Of a stretch of 64,000 bases of DNA, positions 27,372-42,080 are shown piece by piece (within the stretch, counting starts at the first letter, position 1; each line of letters begins with the position of its first letter). This DNA is from Bigelowiella natans CCMP2755 (lineage: Eukaryota > Protista > Cercozoa). The stretch spans positions 1 through 64,000 of the forward strand of contig ADNK01000095.1 of the NCBI GenBank assembly GCA_000320545.1, given 5' to 3'. The position numbers and the translations under genes were made by a program. Below the pieces are notes generated by a model. It ran no database searches. It saw only the letters and a list, made by a program, of their open reading frames with translations, and was not told the DNA's origin.

Positions 27372-28411
27372 ATCTATGCACGTGGGTGATTTCTGAACAT
27401 CATCATTCATTCATTCGTTCTCTCATTTTCTCTTCGTAGACATACTGTAAGACTAACTTCCATAGTCCATAGTTGATTATTTATCATCGTCTTCATTACT
27501 TACTTGTTCGTAGACACGATTCCCCGAATTTTGCATTATTGGAGGAGGAGATAAGATAATGCTACAAGCTTTAATTGGAGGAAGTAGTGCGGGATATATT
27601 GACAATGAGTCAGGTGATATTTGTTTATCATGATAATAATAATGATGATGACTAAATCATATTCGTAGTACAGATTGTGATTAAACCATAAAGGGATAGA
27701 TGGTGTAGTGGTGGTGGTAGTAGAACAGATTGTGGTTGCAGCATAAAGAATGGATGATGTAGTGCTGCTGCTGCTGCTTATGAAAATTGTTGTAGTAATT
27801 GCAATGCGCTTGGTCAAAACGACGACGAATGTTTGCTTCTTGTGTCCTGCCTACTCTCATCAGTATATTTCCGGTCTTCCAAGCCTCAGAAAATTGAAAC
27901 ATTGAAGTAATCCTAATCTTTTCCATGCATGAACCTGCTGCTGCCTATGTGTGTACAGCAGTGCGAACCATATGATGATGATGATGATTTGATGATGATG
28001 ATGATGTAGGCAGTAGTAGCAGTAGTAGCAGTAGTAGAAATAGCACTTGTGAGTGTTTCTTCGTAACTGCACGATGTCGCATCAGCAGCATCATGAGCGA
28101 TTAGTAAAGGAACAAATTTGAAATTGAATAGTTTTATTACATGTAAGGAATCATAACATGTCCCTAACACATCTTTGAACTCCGTCGTCTTTATAGATCG
28201 TCACGTATATCTACATATTAATATAATATTCGATGTGTGTGTGTGTGTGTGCTGGATTTGTTATGCATTGCCATCATATCGGTCTTGTAGTTTGTTTCAT
28301 TTTGTGTATATGATAATTAGAAAAACAAAAACTAAAATAAAATATTAAGATGTAGGAAGAATATGCAATTATCGGAGATTTATCCTTGATATTCACCATC
28401 AATGTCATCAC

Positions 28412-28446
<35 letters not shown>

Positions 28447-29925
28447 GGTACCAAGAGCTATTGAGGAAGCACGTTGGAGGAGAATCTAATGTAGTATTCG
28501 CATCATCACCACCTCTATTTGCAGATGAAGCAGCAAACAAATATAAAACATCTTTGTCGAGTGATTAAGTTGTTTATTGATGTTGGTTGTGTGGGGGAAT
28601 AATCATCTCTCCTATGTTAAAAATGGCAATCTCATAATTTGTTTTCGCTGAATTAATAAGCAAGCTGAATGAAAACCGTGCAACCTAATAAATGATATGT
28701 AGGTAGGATACCTGGACAACAACGTCATACTGCATCTATTCCATGGAAAAAGAAAGGATCGCTTCTATCTAAAACGTGAAAAAGTGCTTATGGATATGAA
28801 ATTTAACTCCAAGGTTGTTGTCTTTGTTGTTATTGATGATGATAATGATGATGATCATCATCATCATCATGGTGCGTTTAATGCGATGATGATGCACGTA
28901 CTTAAAGGATATGAATATAGTCATCATCGTCATCATCATCATCATCATCATCATCATGTTTTAATTACTAGTTGGTATAGATTGGTAATACTATCAAATA
29001 CCATCATCTCAAAGCAGCAGCAGCAGTAGCAAGGGACTCATTTTTACGGATTGATGATTCCACATCATTTCTGTGTGCATGCATGCATGCATACAATAAC
29101 ACACATTTGTGATGCAATATATCTATATATCAGTAGATCTTATATGCTGTATGTAGTAATCTATGTTGCCGTCTTTCTTTCACCATATTCAATATTCAGA
29201 GACATCTAGTCAAGGACCCCAAACTTTCTCTTGTAGCGAATAACAATAAGAGCAAACACGGGCCGTACGACGACCTTCATCACCGTCATCACCATTCTGC
29301 AAAATTAGATCAGTATCGAAAAGAAGGAGGGTATGTAACTCAATGAGGAGGAGATTAAGAAGAATAAAACAAGAGCAGATAGCAGCATTGATAATAACAA
29401 TAATAAGGGATTAGTAGTAGTAGTAGTAGTAGTAGTAGTAGGGGGTTTCAAAATTGAACATCTATATACCTGTAATATATGTGTATATACACATATATAT
29501 ATTTATATGTGAAATATGTGTGTGTGTGTGTGTGTATCATTTAGTAGTTTGAATTATTTCTTTCGATGTCCTCCTCCTCCTTGATTTAGTAGTTGGAATA
29601 TTTTTTTCGGTTTCCTCCTCAATAAGACAGTTGAGATCATACACACGACAGGATTTTGCTACTATGCCATTACGTGTGCCGTATCAATCCTTCAGATAAA
29701 TTTTATTCCATACAATTTGAAGTTGTAGGATAGTGATCGAAGAAAGTTTTATAAAACCCTCCTCCTCCTCCTCCCCTAATAAATAATATTACTTTATTAT
29801 GATGTAGGATCTGGAGTTGGAAGGGATCGCCTAAATTTGTCCGAAGCGTTGTTCGTAAATTTGAACGATACTTCCAAATCAAAGAGCATGGTATCGCAGA
29901 AAATGGCGCAACTCAATTGCTTTAG
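22586..29925 (+). CDS. Putative GT-A-fold glycosyltransferase-like protein (WQKERLLN...WVDAD family) with long Ser/Asn-rich N-terminal region
   Basis: A large low-complexity exon (23401-24688) splices to FWVITSVF...LMWQKERLLNQALDLLPKTAKYVAW|VDADVVFVDDNW...IIQLFSE, then MGLAWAARKEL, CIIGGGD, VGYLDNNVILHLFHG...R and GIWSWKG...FERYF...LL*. A DxD motif is present. One junction near 28142/28448 is off by one base. Confidence 0.7.
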
Positions 29926-31611
29926 CTGCTGCTGATGCTGTTGATGCTTCTGAGTAGCATGTAGACGTAGTAGAGAAATATCTATTCAGAGACTAGGAAT
30001 TGCTGGTAGTAGCAACATCATCGCACATGTCTTAAATAATCGACGACGATGAGGAGGAGGAGGAGGAGGAGGAGGAGGAGGAGGCCAGTAGGTCTACTCG
30101 GGGTTGTTATTGGCCGAAGAATATCATATTGCACGGTCCACTTGCATTTCCTTATTGCATCGTTTGCTATAGTATATGTTGCTAAATAAAAGATCAAGTA
30201 AGTATTTTCGTAGCTAGCGAATCATTCAATGCTTATATTGGATAAACGTGCATTCCATTCCATGGTAGCGCAGCTATAGCTCTTTTAATTTTTGCACGTG
30301 CTCAGGTCAATGCAAGCAGCATGCATTCACAGTGATGCCGCATGTAGTAAATGCATCATACATCAATGCCAGTCCATCCATGCCTTCATTTTGATACTGT
30401 GCATGCATGTTGAATCAATATGATAGTAATGCACTCATTGTGCACACCGCGTGTCATGGCTGGTTTGTCATCCATGCAGCTAGTTCAGTAGCGCCTGCTA
30501 GTTTGCTGGTTGGCAACTACGTGTGCATTGAAGCAGCAAGGCAACAATTGTGCATTAAGGCATGATTTCATCACTGCGCACATGTCATCGCCACCCGGGC
30601 GGAGCGTGTTCAAAATTGAACAGCGTGAGGTTTTTCCAAATTTGAGGGTTAGAAAAACCATGCAAAGCCGCATGCAGAGCAGGAAATGCATGCGCGCGCG
30701 CCCTGAAACTTGCTTGAGCGTTGTTTCTCATCACGTTCGAAAGTTTTCAAGAGTCACTTTGGTGTGGTGTCGCGTTGCATGCTGCTGCACCCAAAGTTTA
30801 TCTGAGTGTCACATGGTTTGTGCTGCGTGCACAGTTGTCATGCATCGCACGTCGTTGTTTGCGGATGCACCCAAGGTGCACCCGGATGCACCCTGATGTC
30901 ATGCACATGCGATGCGTGACAAGAGTCCAGCTAGATGCATCCAGATGCACTAGCTCGAAAAATCGTGGATCGCTGTCCATCTGTCTCGACGGGCCCCGTG
31001 CAATGAAGTCAGAGCAGACATGGGAGTCCCCCGCTGGCAAGACCACGTCTCTCAACTCGTCGTCAGCTGAGAGCAAGTGCACGCGCACGCAGATCGACTG
31101 CTAGACTGCAAGACGGATGTGATCAATCAATCAAATTTGTTATTCAATGATCATCCTCATGTAGCCATGCAATGCAACGGCTGCAGCGTGAACTAGTGAA
31201 TCTTGCATGTGTCATGCGTTCAAAAACACAAATGATTAAAACAGAAAATGAGTCGTTGTCCATGATGCATGTGCTTGTTGTGCACGATGTGCATGTTGCA
31301 TTGGTGCACGAATCCACAACCAAAATGTCATTAGCCCTGCTTCTGCTGTGCGTGTCAGAGCGCATGAACACATGTGGTATAGTCTTTCAAGAAGCACTTT
31401 TGCACACATGGCACACAAGTGTCTGTCATGGCATGTGGTAATATTGTTTAAAATGACATCGACATACCCATCATCATCATCATTTTCATCATAAATAAGG
31501 AGTAGTTAGAGTACCACATTTCTGCTCACTTCTTCTACTGTTATTTACTACTACTACTACTACAACTACTACATCTACTACTACTAGTATAAGTATACTA
31601 CTCTTTGTAGT

Positions 31612-31649
<38 letters not shown>

Positions 31650-32213
31650 AAAAAGATAATGGAATAAAAATAATAATAATAAGCACACGTGTTCACATAA
31701 TCATCGACCGACTACTGTGTACCTCTCCTCCTCCTCCTCCTCCTCCTTCCAGACCACCACTTACTTTCATTATTCTAGATGTTAACTAACATCGAATAAA
31801 GTTGTTACTGCTGCTGCTGCTGCACCCTTTTCATCATTCTCCACCAGAGATTTTTCTGCTGCTCCTACTGCTGCTGATGCCGTCGTTTGTTTGCCAAAGA
31901 ACCAGCAATCCAACCAAGAATGAAAACAGATCCCAGCACTATCGTATAGCCTACCAACGTCGTACAAGTATTAAAACAGCGCCTCAATGATGGAGAACGC
32001 TCTCCCTCTCCTCCCCCTCCTCTTCCCCCTTTATGACATTACAGTTGCCATATCCTGATGATGCTGATGATGATGATGATAGTGATGTGATAGTGGTAGT
32101 AGGCCTTATATAGTATTAATTGTCGTGCTGCTGGTAGTACAAAATTACAGCACGTCATAGCATCACACACATACACACAAAACCTATCATCATCATCATC
32201 ACATCATATACTA

Positions 32214-32649
32214 CTATCGCTGCCGTGTTTTTGTATTATTACCTACTAAATGTGTAGTTTTACTTTCTTTCTCTTTTGTTGTTACTACTAAGATATCGCT
32301 GCTGCTGCTGCTTTTTGCAGGAAGTGGAGGAGGAGAGGGCTGCTGTCTTTGTTGATGAGGTGCTGTTGCAAAGAATGGTTCCTCCTCCTCCTCCTCCTCC
32401 TCCTCCTCCTCCTTCTCGGTTTCGAAAATTCTTCTTTTCTCCTTAACCTCCTCGGTCCTTCTACTTTTCTGAACAAGCTTTTGCTGTTGCTGCTGCTGCT
32501 TTTCCTCCTCCTTTAGATGTAGCTCAAGAGCATCACGTCTTTTCTTCTTCAAACGCTTTGAACGGAGATGCATTTTGATGTGCGCGACAGATTTTGGAGG
32601 TGGTGTTGAAGGCCGTGGCGGCTTGTTCTTGGTTTTATATCCTATGATA

Positions 32650-32683
<34 letters not shown>

Positions 32684-32741
32684 CACCTTATGTATATTAT
32701 TGAATTTCTGCTAAGCATGCATAATCTCAATAGTATATTTA

Positions 32742-32778
<37 letters not shown>

Positions 32779-33121
32779 CGAGTTGTTACTACCACTATTA
32801 CTATTATTATCACTATTACTATCTTAATTATTATCAGTTTTGTTATGATTAATATCTTCTCATCGAAGAAGAGAACAGAATTACTTACTCTTCATTCTTC
32901 ATGTAGTAAGTATCACCTGCAAGTCTTTTCTTCATACATTTCTCCCAATCGATTCCCTGATGATGATGATGATGATGATGATGTTGATGATAAGGAGGAG
33001 GAGGAAGAGGAGGAGGAGTCAGAGGGGGAGGATAAGAGCTGATGATAAAAGATGATGCTTATAAATGATGATGATGATGATAAAATTCCTGCAAGTTGTG
33101 GTTCTCATCAGTTCTTTCATT

Positions 33122-33153
<32 letters not shown>

Positions 33154-33469
33154 TACTATAACTATCACAGCACACACAGCTACTACTACAAATACTACTA
33201 TTACTAATACAAATATTACCTGTGCAGCTTGTTTCCTGAGCTTATCTTGATGTTTTCGTAACCATGATTTAGGGTATCTTGCCACTGTGTTTTGTGTGTG
33301 TGTCAGCAGCAACCACCAGCAGCAGCAGCGCAGCAGAACGACGAGAAGCAGGCATCATCAGTAATGAATGATAAGTAGAAAGCCAAGTAGTATGGAGAAC
33401 ATGATGATGATGTTGTTGTTGTTGATGATGATAATGATGGTAAAAGGCAATTAGTTGTCTTGTATAATC

Positions 33470-33508
<39 letters not shown>

Positions 33509-33793
33509 ATAACCTTTTTCCCGTTGCCACATTGCATCGACATATGCAGCATCGTGAAGAAACTTTACCATCAAAGAGCCTAGATAATGTTGGTGGTGGT
33601 TTAGTTGGTAAGTTAGTAGTTGTAGTTGTAGTTACTATTGATGTTGTTTATTGCTAAGCAGCAGCGGCAGAAGAATGAATAAATGAATAAATGGATGAAT
33701 AAATGAATGAATGAATAAACGAATATGGAATCGTAGTAGATTTCTTCATATCACTAAAACAAAGAAGAGTGTACACATTAGGGTTACATACAT

Positions 33794-33842
<49 letters not shown>

Positions 33843-34128
33843 GCCACGGTTAATAATACAGCGAGTGATGATGATTTTGCTTCAGATTGAAATCTCTTCT
33901 ACCACCACTACAACAATAAATAAATAAAGGCCGAAGAACAAGTAGTAGTAGTAGTATTAGTAGTAGCACAGGGTGACTCACCCACATCCTTCCAAATGTG
34001 AATTGTATTCATTTCAGATGTCAAACAAGGGTCCTGATGCATGGATGGATGGATGGATGGATGGGGGGAAGGACAATGCAATAATTTATCAAAGACTCAC
34101 CACAACCAACCCCCAATAAATAAGCTCG

Positions 34129-34167
<39 letters not shown>

Positions 34168-34886
34168 CTGGTAAGTTAAGTCGGGTTTAGTTTGAAATAA
34201 CTCTGATTGGATCTCTGTGAATTGGCAGCAAGGGCACGCTACAACACCAACTTTCGGTATAAAGCTATAATTATCATTGTTGTTGTCGTTGTTGTTGTAG
34301 GAGGAGGAGTTGGCAGTTGTGCTGCTGCTGCTACTAGGAGGATGAGCAGCAGCAGGGGAAGGAGGAAAACCATAGTCAATAGCAGTCTTGTGGGTTCCTA
34401 GTGGTGCTGATGAAGTTGACTTCGACAAGAAGTAATGTCGAGGAGAGGAGGAGAAAGAGGAGGAAGAGGAAGAAGAAGGAGGAGGCCTTGTGGCCTTACT
34501 ATCCTCCTCCTTCTCTACCACCGCTGCTTGTTGAGATTGAGGGGAGATAGAAGAAATCTGATTCTTCACCTTACTTATCCTCTCATCCTCCTCCTCTTTA
34601 TGATCTTGTTCGTTTCTCATACTGTCTTTCGGTGTCGTCGTCATCATCATCATCGGTTGTTTCTTCTTGTTCTTCTGCTGTTGTTGTTGTACTATCCTAA
34701 TTGAGTAGAGGCAACACTGGCAGACAAGTAGTCACGAACAAGATATAAATAAACACCAGTGCGAATAGACTAGCTACTACCACGTCACTAAGTATAAATA
34801 AACATAGCAACCATTACCACGTCAATAATATATAAATAAACAGTGCGAATAGACTAGCTACTACCACTACTACTACCACTACTACC

Positions 34887-34921
<35 letters not shown>

Positions 34922-35051
34922 AATAACAACAACCTCAAGCGTAACGTGCGTGTGCATGCACAATACTAGCACTTTTTGGTGTGAATGGACTGGTATTATG
35001 ACGTTTTCCACCTGATATCACACCAGTATATCATCATAGACAGCACAGCAC

Positions 35052-35093
<42 letters not shown>

Positions 35094-35754
35094 CAAATAT
35101 CAGTATATCAATAGACAGTACAGCACATATACATCTCGAATAATAACGTCAGATCAATCATGGAAATTACAACATCTAAAAAGCAAGCATTCATTCCAGG
35201 AGAGCGGTAGCAAATGTATATTCATTACAATTATTGCAAAGAAAAGCCCGATAAAAAGGATGAGATTTGAACAACCACAAATAAGACCGTATCATCAATC
35301 AATCAATCAACCAATTAATCATCAATGTTTTCTATGAATTCCGAAGAATAATTCTAAATTAAAGCTCTCTGCTGCTGATGCTGCTGCAAATGATGATAGA
35401 CAGACGCCATCAACACAAATGCATTTGTTATATTCTCATGATATCCATCATCATCATCATCATCATTATCATCATCATTCTTATTAGATTCTCTTACTCA
35501 CCCCGGCCTTGTAGCAGGATAGATTCCTAACATTTGCAAATCTTGGTATGCTGCTGCCCCCCCCCCCCCCACCACCACCTTTTTCTTCTTTTCCAGCAGC
35601 ATTTCGAGTAGGAGTAAGGACTCACCCGCATGATAGGGATCGATTGAATGAATTTGCCATGATGTTCGGTAACAGAGCATCGCTGCTGTGCGTGGCGACA
35701 CACCATCTCCTACAACTACGCACACCACGTCTTTGTCACTGAGAAAGAGGAAGA

Positions 35755-35785
<31 letters not shown>

Positions 35786-37025
35786 GAGCACATAGTAAGG
35801 GTATGAAAATGAAAAAGAAAGAGCGAGAGAGAAAAGGGCAGCAAAGAGGAGGATCAACGGCCCAGAAGAAAAATAGATGATAGTTTGTCAACTGTACAAT
35901 CTTTCTAATATGGAAATAATCATGAAAATATAATAGACAAGTGTTGTTGTTATTATCACTCACTGCAGCAAACTACTACTGCTACCATACTACTACCGAG
36001 TATCAAAATGGCCTTTAAGATGACGGCGGATGGCATTGAATAGGCTGAAGCTTTCAGTTACCTTGATAAAATTCAAACATTAGGAATTATAATTCCATAT
36101 TATATGTAGTAGTAGTAGTAGTAGTCGTAGTAGAATATAGAAGCTAGCAGTAGTAGCAATAGGTCTATTGGTGGGTGGTGGAATAATATCGTAATAATAA
36201 TAGTGGCACATCGCACTCCCCTCTCTCACAATTAAAGTTTCTTTCTTTCTGCTGAATTTATGGTGTCCCTACTGTCTTGTCAAACTTATAAAATCTATTA
36301 TTAAGATACTACTACTCCCTACCTACCTACCTACCTACCTACCTACCTACCTCCTTGGCATTTGGATATAACCCTAACTCCAACAACGACGGGGCACATC
36401 GCAATTGAAGTAGCTCATCGAGGTACCGCATGGTGGTTGTGGTGGAAGAAGAGGAGGAGGAGGAGGAAGAAGAAGAAGGAGGAGGAGTGCGTAGGGAGGG
36501 AGTAGTGACACTTGTATATTTCAACTGTTCATCCTTAGGTTTCGCTTCCGTCATTACGTCGTTTTGTTCGTCGTTATTTTTGTTCTGAGCTCGAGTTAGA
36601 GGTTGCCTAAAGGCAGCAGATTCAGGTGGCAATGACAATGATGATAATCTCGCCAACAAAGCTGATTCTGCTTTTGAAAACTGCTGCTTTTGCTGCTGCT
36701 GCTGCACCAGGTTTTGATGTTTTTTCGGGATATTATTCAGATCTATCTCGTTTGGTAGAAGCTGTTTTACAACTGATGTGCTGGAAGAAGGAATGAGGCC
36801 AAGACTAGTTTTTGGGCAATGATGAGCTGCTTCTTTAGCTGCTGCGTCAGCACCACCACAACGTTTGCCAGCCTCAACACTCTCCCCTACGTTGTTATGA
36901 TGTTCCCTCTCCCCTGCTGCTGTTGCTGTTGCTGAGGACCCAGCAGCTGTGGTGATAAATGAGGATGTAACAAGACAAAGAAATACAACTCTAGAAATTG
37001 GTGTGATGGCGATAAGATGGGGCAA
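32214..37025 (-). CDS. Uncharacterised conserved protein, possible class I SAM-dependent methyltransferase-like fold; both ends approximate
   Basis: Exons give MRYLDELLQLRCAPSLLELGLYPNAKE|VTESFSLFNAIRRHL...|DKDVVCVVVGDGVSPRTAAMLCYRTSWQIHSIDP...|VRNLSCYKAG|VENV...VLCMHTHVTLE|...VACPCC...PDLTYQ|DPCLTSEMNTIHIWKDV. A beta-strand followed by GDG, then SIDP, resembles SAM-binding motifs I/II. Confidence 0.6.
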
Positions 37026-37270
37026 GGTATTACTTCTACGAAAGGAGGGGGGGAGGAGATGGGGTTTAGTGCTGATGTTGTTGTTGTTTTTGTTGTTGTG
37101 TTGTCTCCACTGTGTGGTATGGATATTAAGCCGGATACATCCTAGTATTCAGGAGTTGTTCCCTTTTGTCGCAGTGCACAGAAGAACTAAAAAGCTAACT
37201 TGGCTTCTACTATAAACACCACTTCGGAGAATAAACGTAGCTGGGCAGTCAAGGATGCTAATGTCATCCC

Positions 37271-37465
37271 GTTGTTGTTGTTATTGTTTGCAAGATTTCA
37301 TCATCATTTGGTCAAAAACATGTGCTTGGCATATCTTACTTCTAGATACGATGTGATGTTATTATTACGCTTTCTGCTGTTGTTGTTGTTGTTTGCAAGA
37401 TTTCATCATCATTTGGTCAAAAATATGTGCTTAGCATATCTTACTTCTAGATACGATGTGATGTT
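37271..37465. repeat. Near-perfect tandem duplication (~90 bp x2) in divergent intergenic region
   Basis: gtttgcaagatttcatcatcatttggtcaaaaa(c/t)atgtgctt(g/a)gcatatcttacttctagatacgatgtgatgtt occurs twice. Confidence 0.9.
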
Positions 37466-37542
37466 GATACTAGGTTATGTATTCATAGTACGAGATGCCC
37501 ATTCCCCCTCCCTCCTTACTCCCAACAAGCCGACGGATTAAT

Positions 37543-39514
37543 ATGCCGACAAAGGGCCACCGTCATCGCAACCATAATAACCATGGGCACGTTTTTCCTT
37601 TTGTGGTCATCATCCTGTTAGTTCTAGGAGGAGTAGCTGTGATTACTATGATCCAACATGTGAGTAGTACAGTTATGCCGCCGATGAAGAGGACGATGGT
37701 TACGTCGACAACGATGATGATGTCCACGATGGTGCCAAGGAGACTTTGGCCAGGGAGAAGAAGAAGAAGAACAACAAGAACCACCGTTCGTAATTATGGA
37801 AATAGACGCTCACTGTCATTACACTATAAGCGAGTTAGACCCTCCTCGCTGCCCTTGCTTGAAGCGTCGCTGTATCGCTCGGGTAGTAGATAGTCAGTCA
37901 ATGTGCTACTACTACTATCATTAGTTTTTTGACTTTCTACATGCTTTGAGGATGAAAATAACTAATATTGCTAATATTTAATATTCTCCAAAGTTCTTGC
38001 TGATAAGCACTTTGAGCATTTAAATTTCTTTTATATTGATTCTTGAAGCAAAATGATATTTCTTCTTCATCACGCTTATGTACCACTTCTTAGGTTTGGC
38101 CGTAGAATCGTCATTAGACTCCGCTCCCTCCGCTCCCTCCTCCTCCTCCTCCTCCTCCTCCTCCTCCTTCTCCTCCTCATCTGTATCATCATCCTTGGGA
38201 TCGACTTCAGGGAAACACATCGTTGTTATTGGCGCGGTTGATGAATGACTTTGAATTTGTTACTGATAACGTGACCTCCTGCCAAATGATACTCCTCCTC
38301 ATCTTTCTCCTAAAATCATCCTAAACAATTGGCATTGTTATTATTATTATTGTTGTTATTGTTTCGTTGCAGGGAATCGTGGGATGTTCTACCGCTTATC
38401 ATTTGGCGTTACGTGGAGCCAGCGTCACTGTGATCGAAAGGAACAAGGTAGTATCATTATCATCATCATTATCGAACTAGTAATAGGCGTTAAATGATCA
38501 TAACGATATTTTGTATAGTGTTATTGAAAGATTTACTAGTAGTGTAAGTAATTAGTAGCACAGGTGTTCTACTGATAGATGAATATGCTAGACAGTGCTG
38601 CTGTCTTCTTACCTATGGTGGTAGTAGTGATAGTTGTGAAAGAAGAGATGAAATGCGTTGTTATGTATGATATGTGGTTTAAGTTAGTGATGACTTATGA
38701 TTAGATTTGATTATTGATCGAAATAGAGCTGAATAGTAGTAATAGTGTAGTAGTTGTATCAAGGTAATAAATAATCCATATTATATACAAACGACGATTT
38801 TTGAGGGTTGTCTATAGGTATATTGAATATTGAAAGAGAAAGAGGAATTTTCCCTTTTTTGTTTGATATACTACCAATATCGTATATTAAGGAGAACAAA
38901 TCAAACGCTACTGATGATAACAAACAAAAAGGTTGGAGCTGCAGCATCAGGGAAAGCAGGTGGATTTCTGGCACGCAATTGGGGTGACGGAGCCTCAACA
39001 CAATTCCTTCATCGACATGTAGTAGTAGTAGTAGAAGAAACAATTCCTTCATCGACATGTAGTAGTAGTAGTAGTAGTAGTAGAAGAAGAAATAGTAGTA
39101 GTAGTAGAAGAAATAGTAGTAGTAGTAGTACAAACGATGATAGAGCTACATAAAACATGTAAGTTGATTAAACGCAAATGTAGCACTGGTGATAATGACA
39201 CACAGCGATGATAATGAATGTCGTGATGATGTTAATAATCGTAACACCGTAGTACACGCTATTTTTTGGTTGGGACACGGTCAAAATAAACCTGATTGTT
39301 TAATATATTGCTCTTTCGAAAAGGGATTTGATCTCCACAGAGAGCTTGCAACGTATGTAAAAAGATTATCAAGATACATGTCATCATATATTCAATTGAT
39401 GGTCAACGATAACGATGATGATCATGATGACGATGATGATGATGACAAAGTCTTGATTCATTTCTGAATAATTTATATGGGACATTTTTATGCAATGTTA
39501 GCCACCTATTACTG

Positions 39515-39547
<33 letters not shown>

Positions 39548-39686
39548 TCTGACAACCAGTGATTCATCATCATTAATAGGAAGTTAAATTTCATATTATG
39601 CATCATTATTAGGAAGTTAAATTTAACATCGTGGCGTCAAATTCCAACTCTTAGTATCACACGGGAGACTTGGTTATCTGATGCAC

Positions 39687-39718
<32 letters not shown>

Positions 39719-40134
39719 TAAGAAGAAGGATGAGATGAATCATAATGCCTCAAGACGTGTGTAAGAATTTCTTTTGCGAAAATGAATAAAGTCCCCCCTC
39801 CTAGTTGATGTGGTGGCACTGATACCGTGTATACAATACAACAACAAATCAATGAGAGTCTCAGTAAACAATTATAAATAAAAAGGGGATCTATTACTAC
39901 TCAATAGAGGAGTAGTTAAATACACTAAAAATGGAAAACATGAAATTGCTAATGACGTTGAATAATACATAATTAAAAATCAGCAGACATATCATAATTT
40001 GTTGTTGTTCTTATTCCAAGGGGAAATGGTAAGAAAGATGGCTCCGAGGCTGCCTGGCTTGGTTCTTTTTACAACGACGAAATACGATAAATAAATTAGA
40101 TATAATAGTAGTAGTAACATCATTAAACGACGTG

Positions 40135-40168
<34 letters not shown>

Positions 40169-42042
40169 TCGTCGTTATAATCGGCGGTATTTTTGGATGA
40201 TGTTCAATTGATGCAGGAGGCAACAATGATGAGTCGATTGATATCAGATTAATGGACACGGACACTGCCCAGGTTGTTGATATTGTGCTTAATTGCAAAA
40301 TCAGCATTCTGAGAACATGAGTGATAGACAAATAATATATAATTATCTTATTTCTATGCGTTTCTCGTTACCCCTTTGCTTAATTATTGAGCTATATGTC
40401 GTAGTTTTTCCTTTTAATTGGTAGCAGTACTCATTCCCCATTATATCTTGTTGTTGCAGCAGCAAGAACATGATTGATCATGATGTTGTTATAGGTCACT
40501 CCTTTGGAGATAACCGAAGCCTTGATGGCAGAGGCATGTAAACATAAGACTACTACGTATCTTACTGATACAGTCACGGTTTGTAGTTGTTCCAACAAAC
40601 ATAAGAATAAGACTTAAATGGAGGAGGAGAAGGAAAAGGACTATATTCCACAATTCAATGAAAATTACTCGCTACTACTTAATGATAATAATAATACTAT
40701 AAATCGGGCAGTAGTAGCTATCACCAGCAGCAGTAGTAGTAAGAGATTATAACAATAGCAATAACCTAGCAGTGCTATTTAATCTAATCATATCATCATT
40801 CGCAATAGAGATCAATCCTCAGCTATGTAATATTATGGTGATAGTAGTAATGAATCATCATACTTTTGGAAAATTTAATTATTCACTCCATTATTAGAAC
40901 TATCATTTAGTTTTAATGTAGAAATAACAATAATTTAGGGAGTGGTAATTGAGAAATGTGGTACGGAAGAAGAAAGGGATGATGATATCAAAGAAGAAGA
41001 CGATAGTGTCATCGTCACAGGTTACAATCAATAACTTATTATATAGTAACAAAAAAGGAAGGAGAAAACATTATCGTAAATTTATTTCAAATAATACCGT
41101 CACCAAAAAAGTAGGTGTGAGAACGAAAAATAATGGAGTCATAAAAGCAGACAAGGTTCTTTTATCAGTCGTTGTTGTACCTGAATTTTGCTGGTGAGAA
41201 CAGTGTTAATAGCGAATATTTTATTATAATATATGTCCTAATAGCATAACATGGAGTGGTAAATATCTGTACACACAGCTGCTGAACCATATATACAATA
41301 AAGGTCATCATCATCACCATCACCATCATCGCCATCACTATCGTTTATCAAAGGTTGTAGTAGCAATGGGCCCTTGGTCTACGAAAGTGCAGGATTGGCT
41401 CGGTGTTCGACTTCCTATGACAGGTATTAGCGAGGTACTTAGCTGCTGCTGCTGCTACTTGCTGCTTTATGAAATAAAAATATTAATAATAATAAACCAA
41501 GTAACGAGATTGTGGAAAAAGGGAGGAGGAGGAGGAAGAAGATACCTGTTATTTTCGGATCATTCCAATGTCTGTACTATGTGTATCACCTTCCTCAAAG
41601 AGACAAAATTCCAAGATCTTAATTATTCTGATTTTCATAATTTGTATCATTTTACTGCATAGTAGTATTATACGCAAAGATGAAATCTTTGACCTATTTT
41701 GAAACGAAGGCCATCATCATCATTTACCATCTTTTGAATCATTATGATTACCAAAATAGTTGTGTTGAGTTGATTTCCCCCCCCCCTACCTACTTAATAA
41801 CCAGGAATCTACAGTTCTTCGTTTGTATACACTGCGAACCAAAATCCAGATATTGGAGAATCTGTAATAGTTATTTAATGAATTGCATTAACACCGAACA
41901 TCTTGCAACAATTTACAGATTTAAAAAGTGCAATAAATTTATTAAAAAGTAGTTGCCCTGCGAGAAGGACAACAATAAATTTTTACGTATACAGAAATTT
42001 TAATTTAAGAAATGACATATATTCCTTGTCTAATCTATTCAT

Positions 42043-42080
<38 letters not shown>

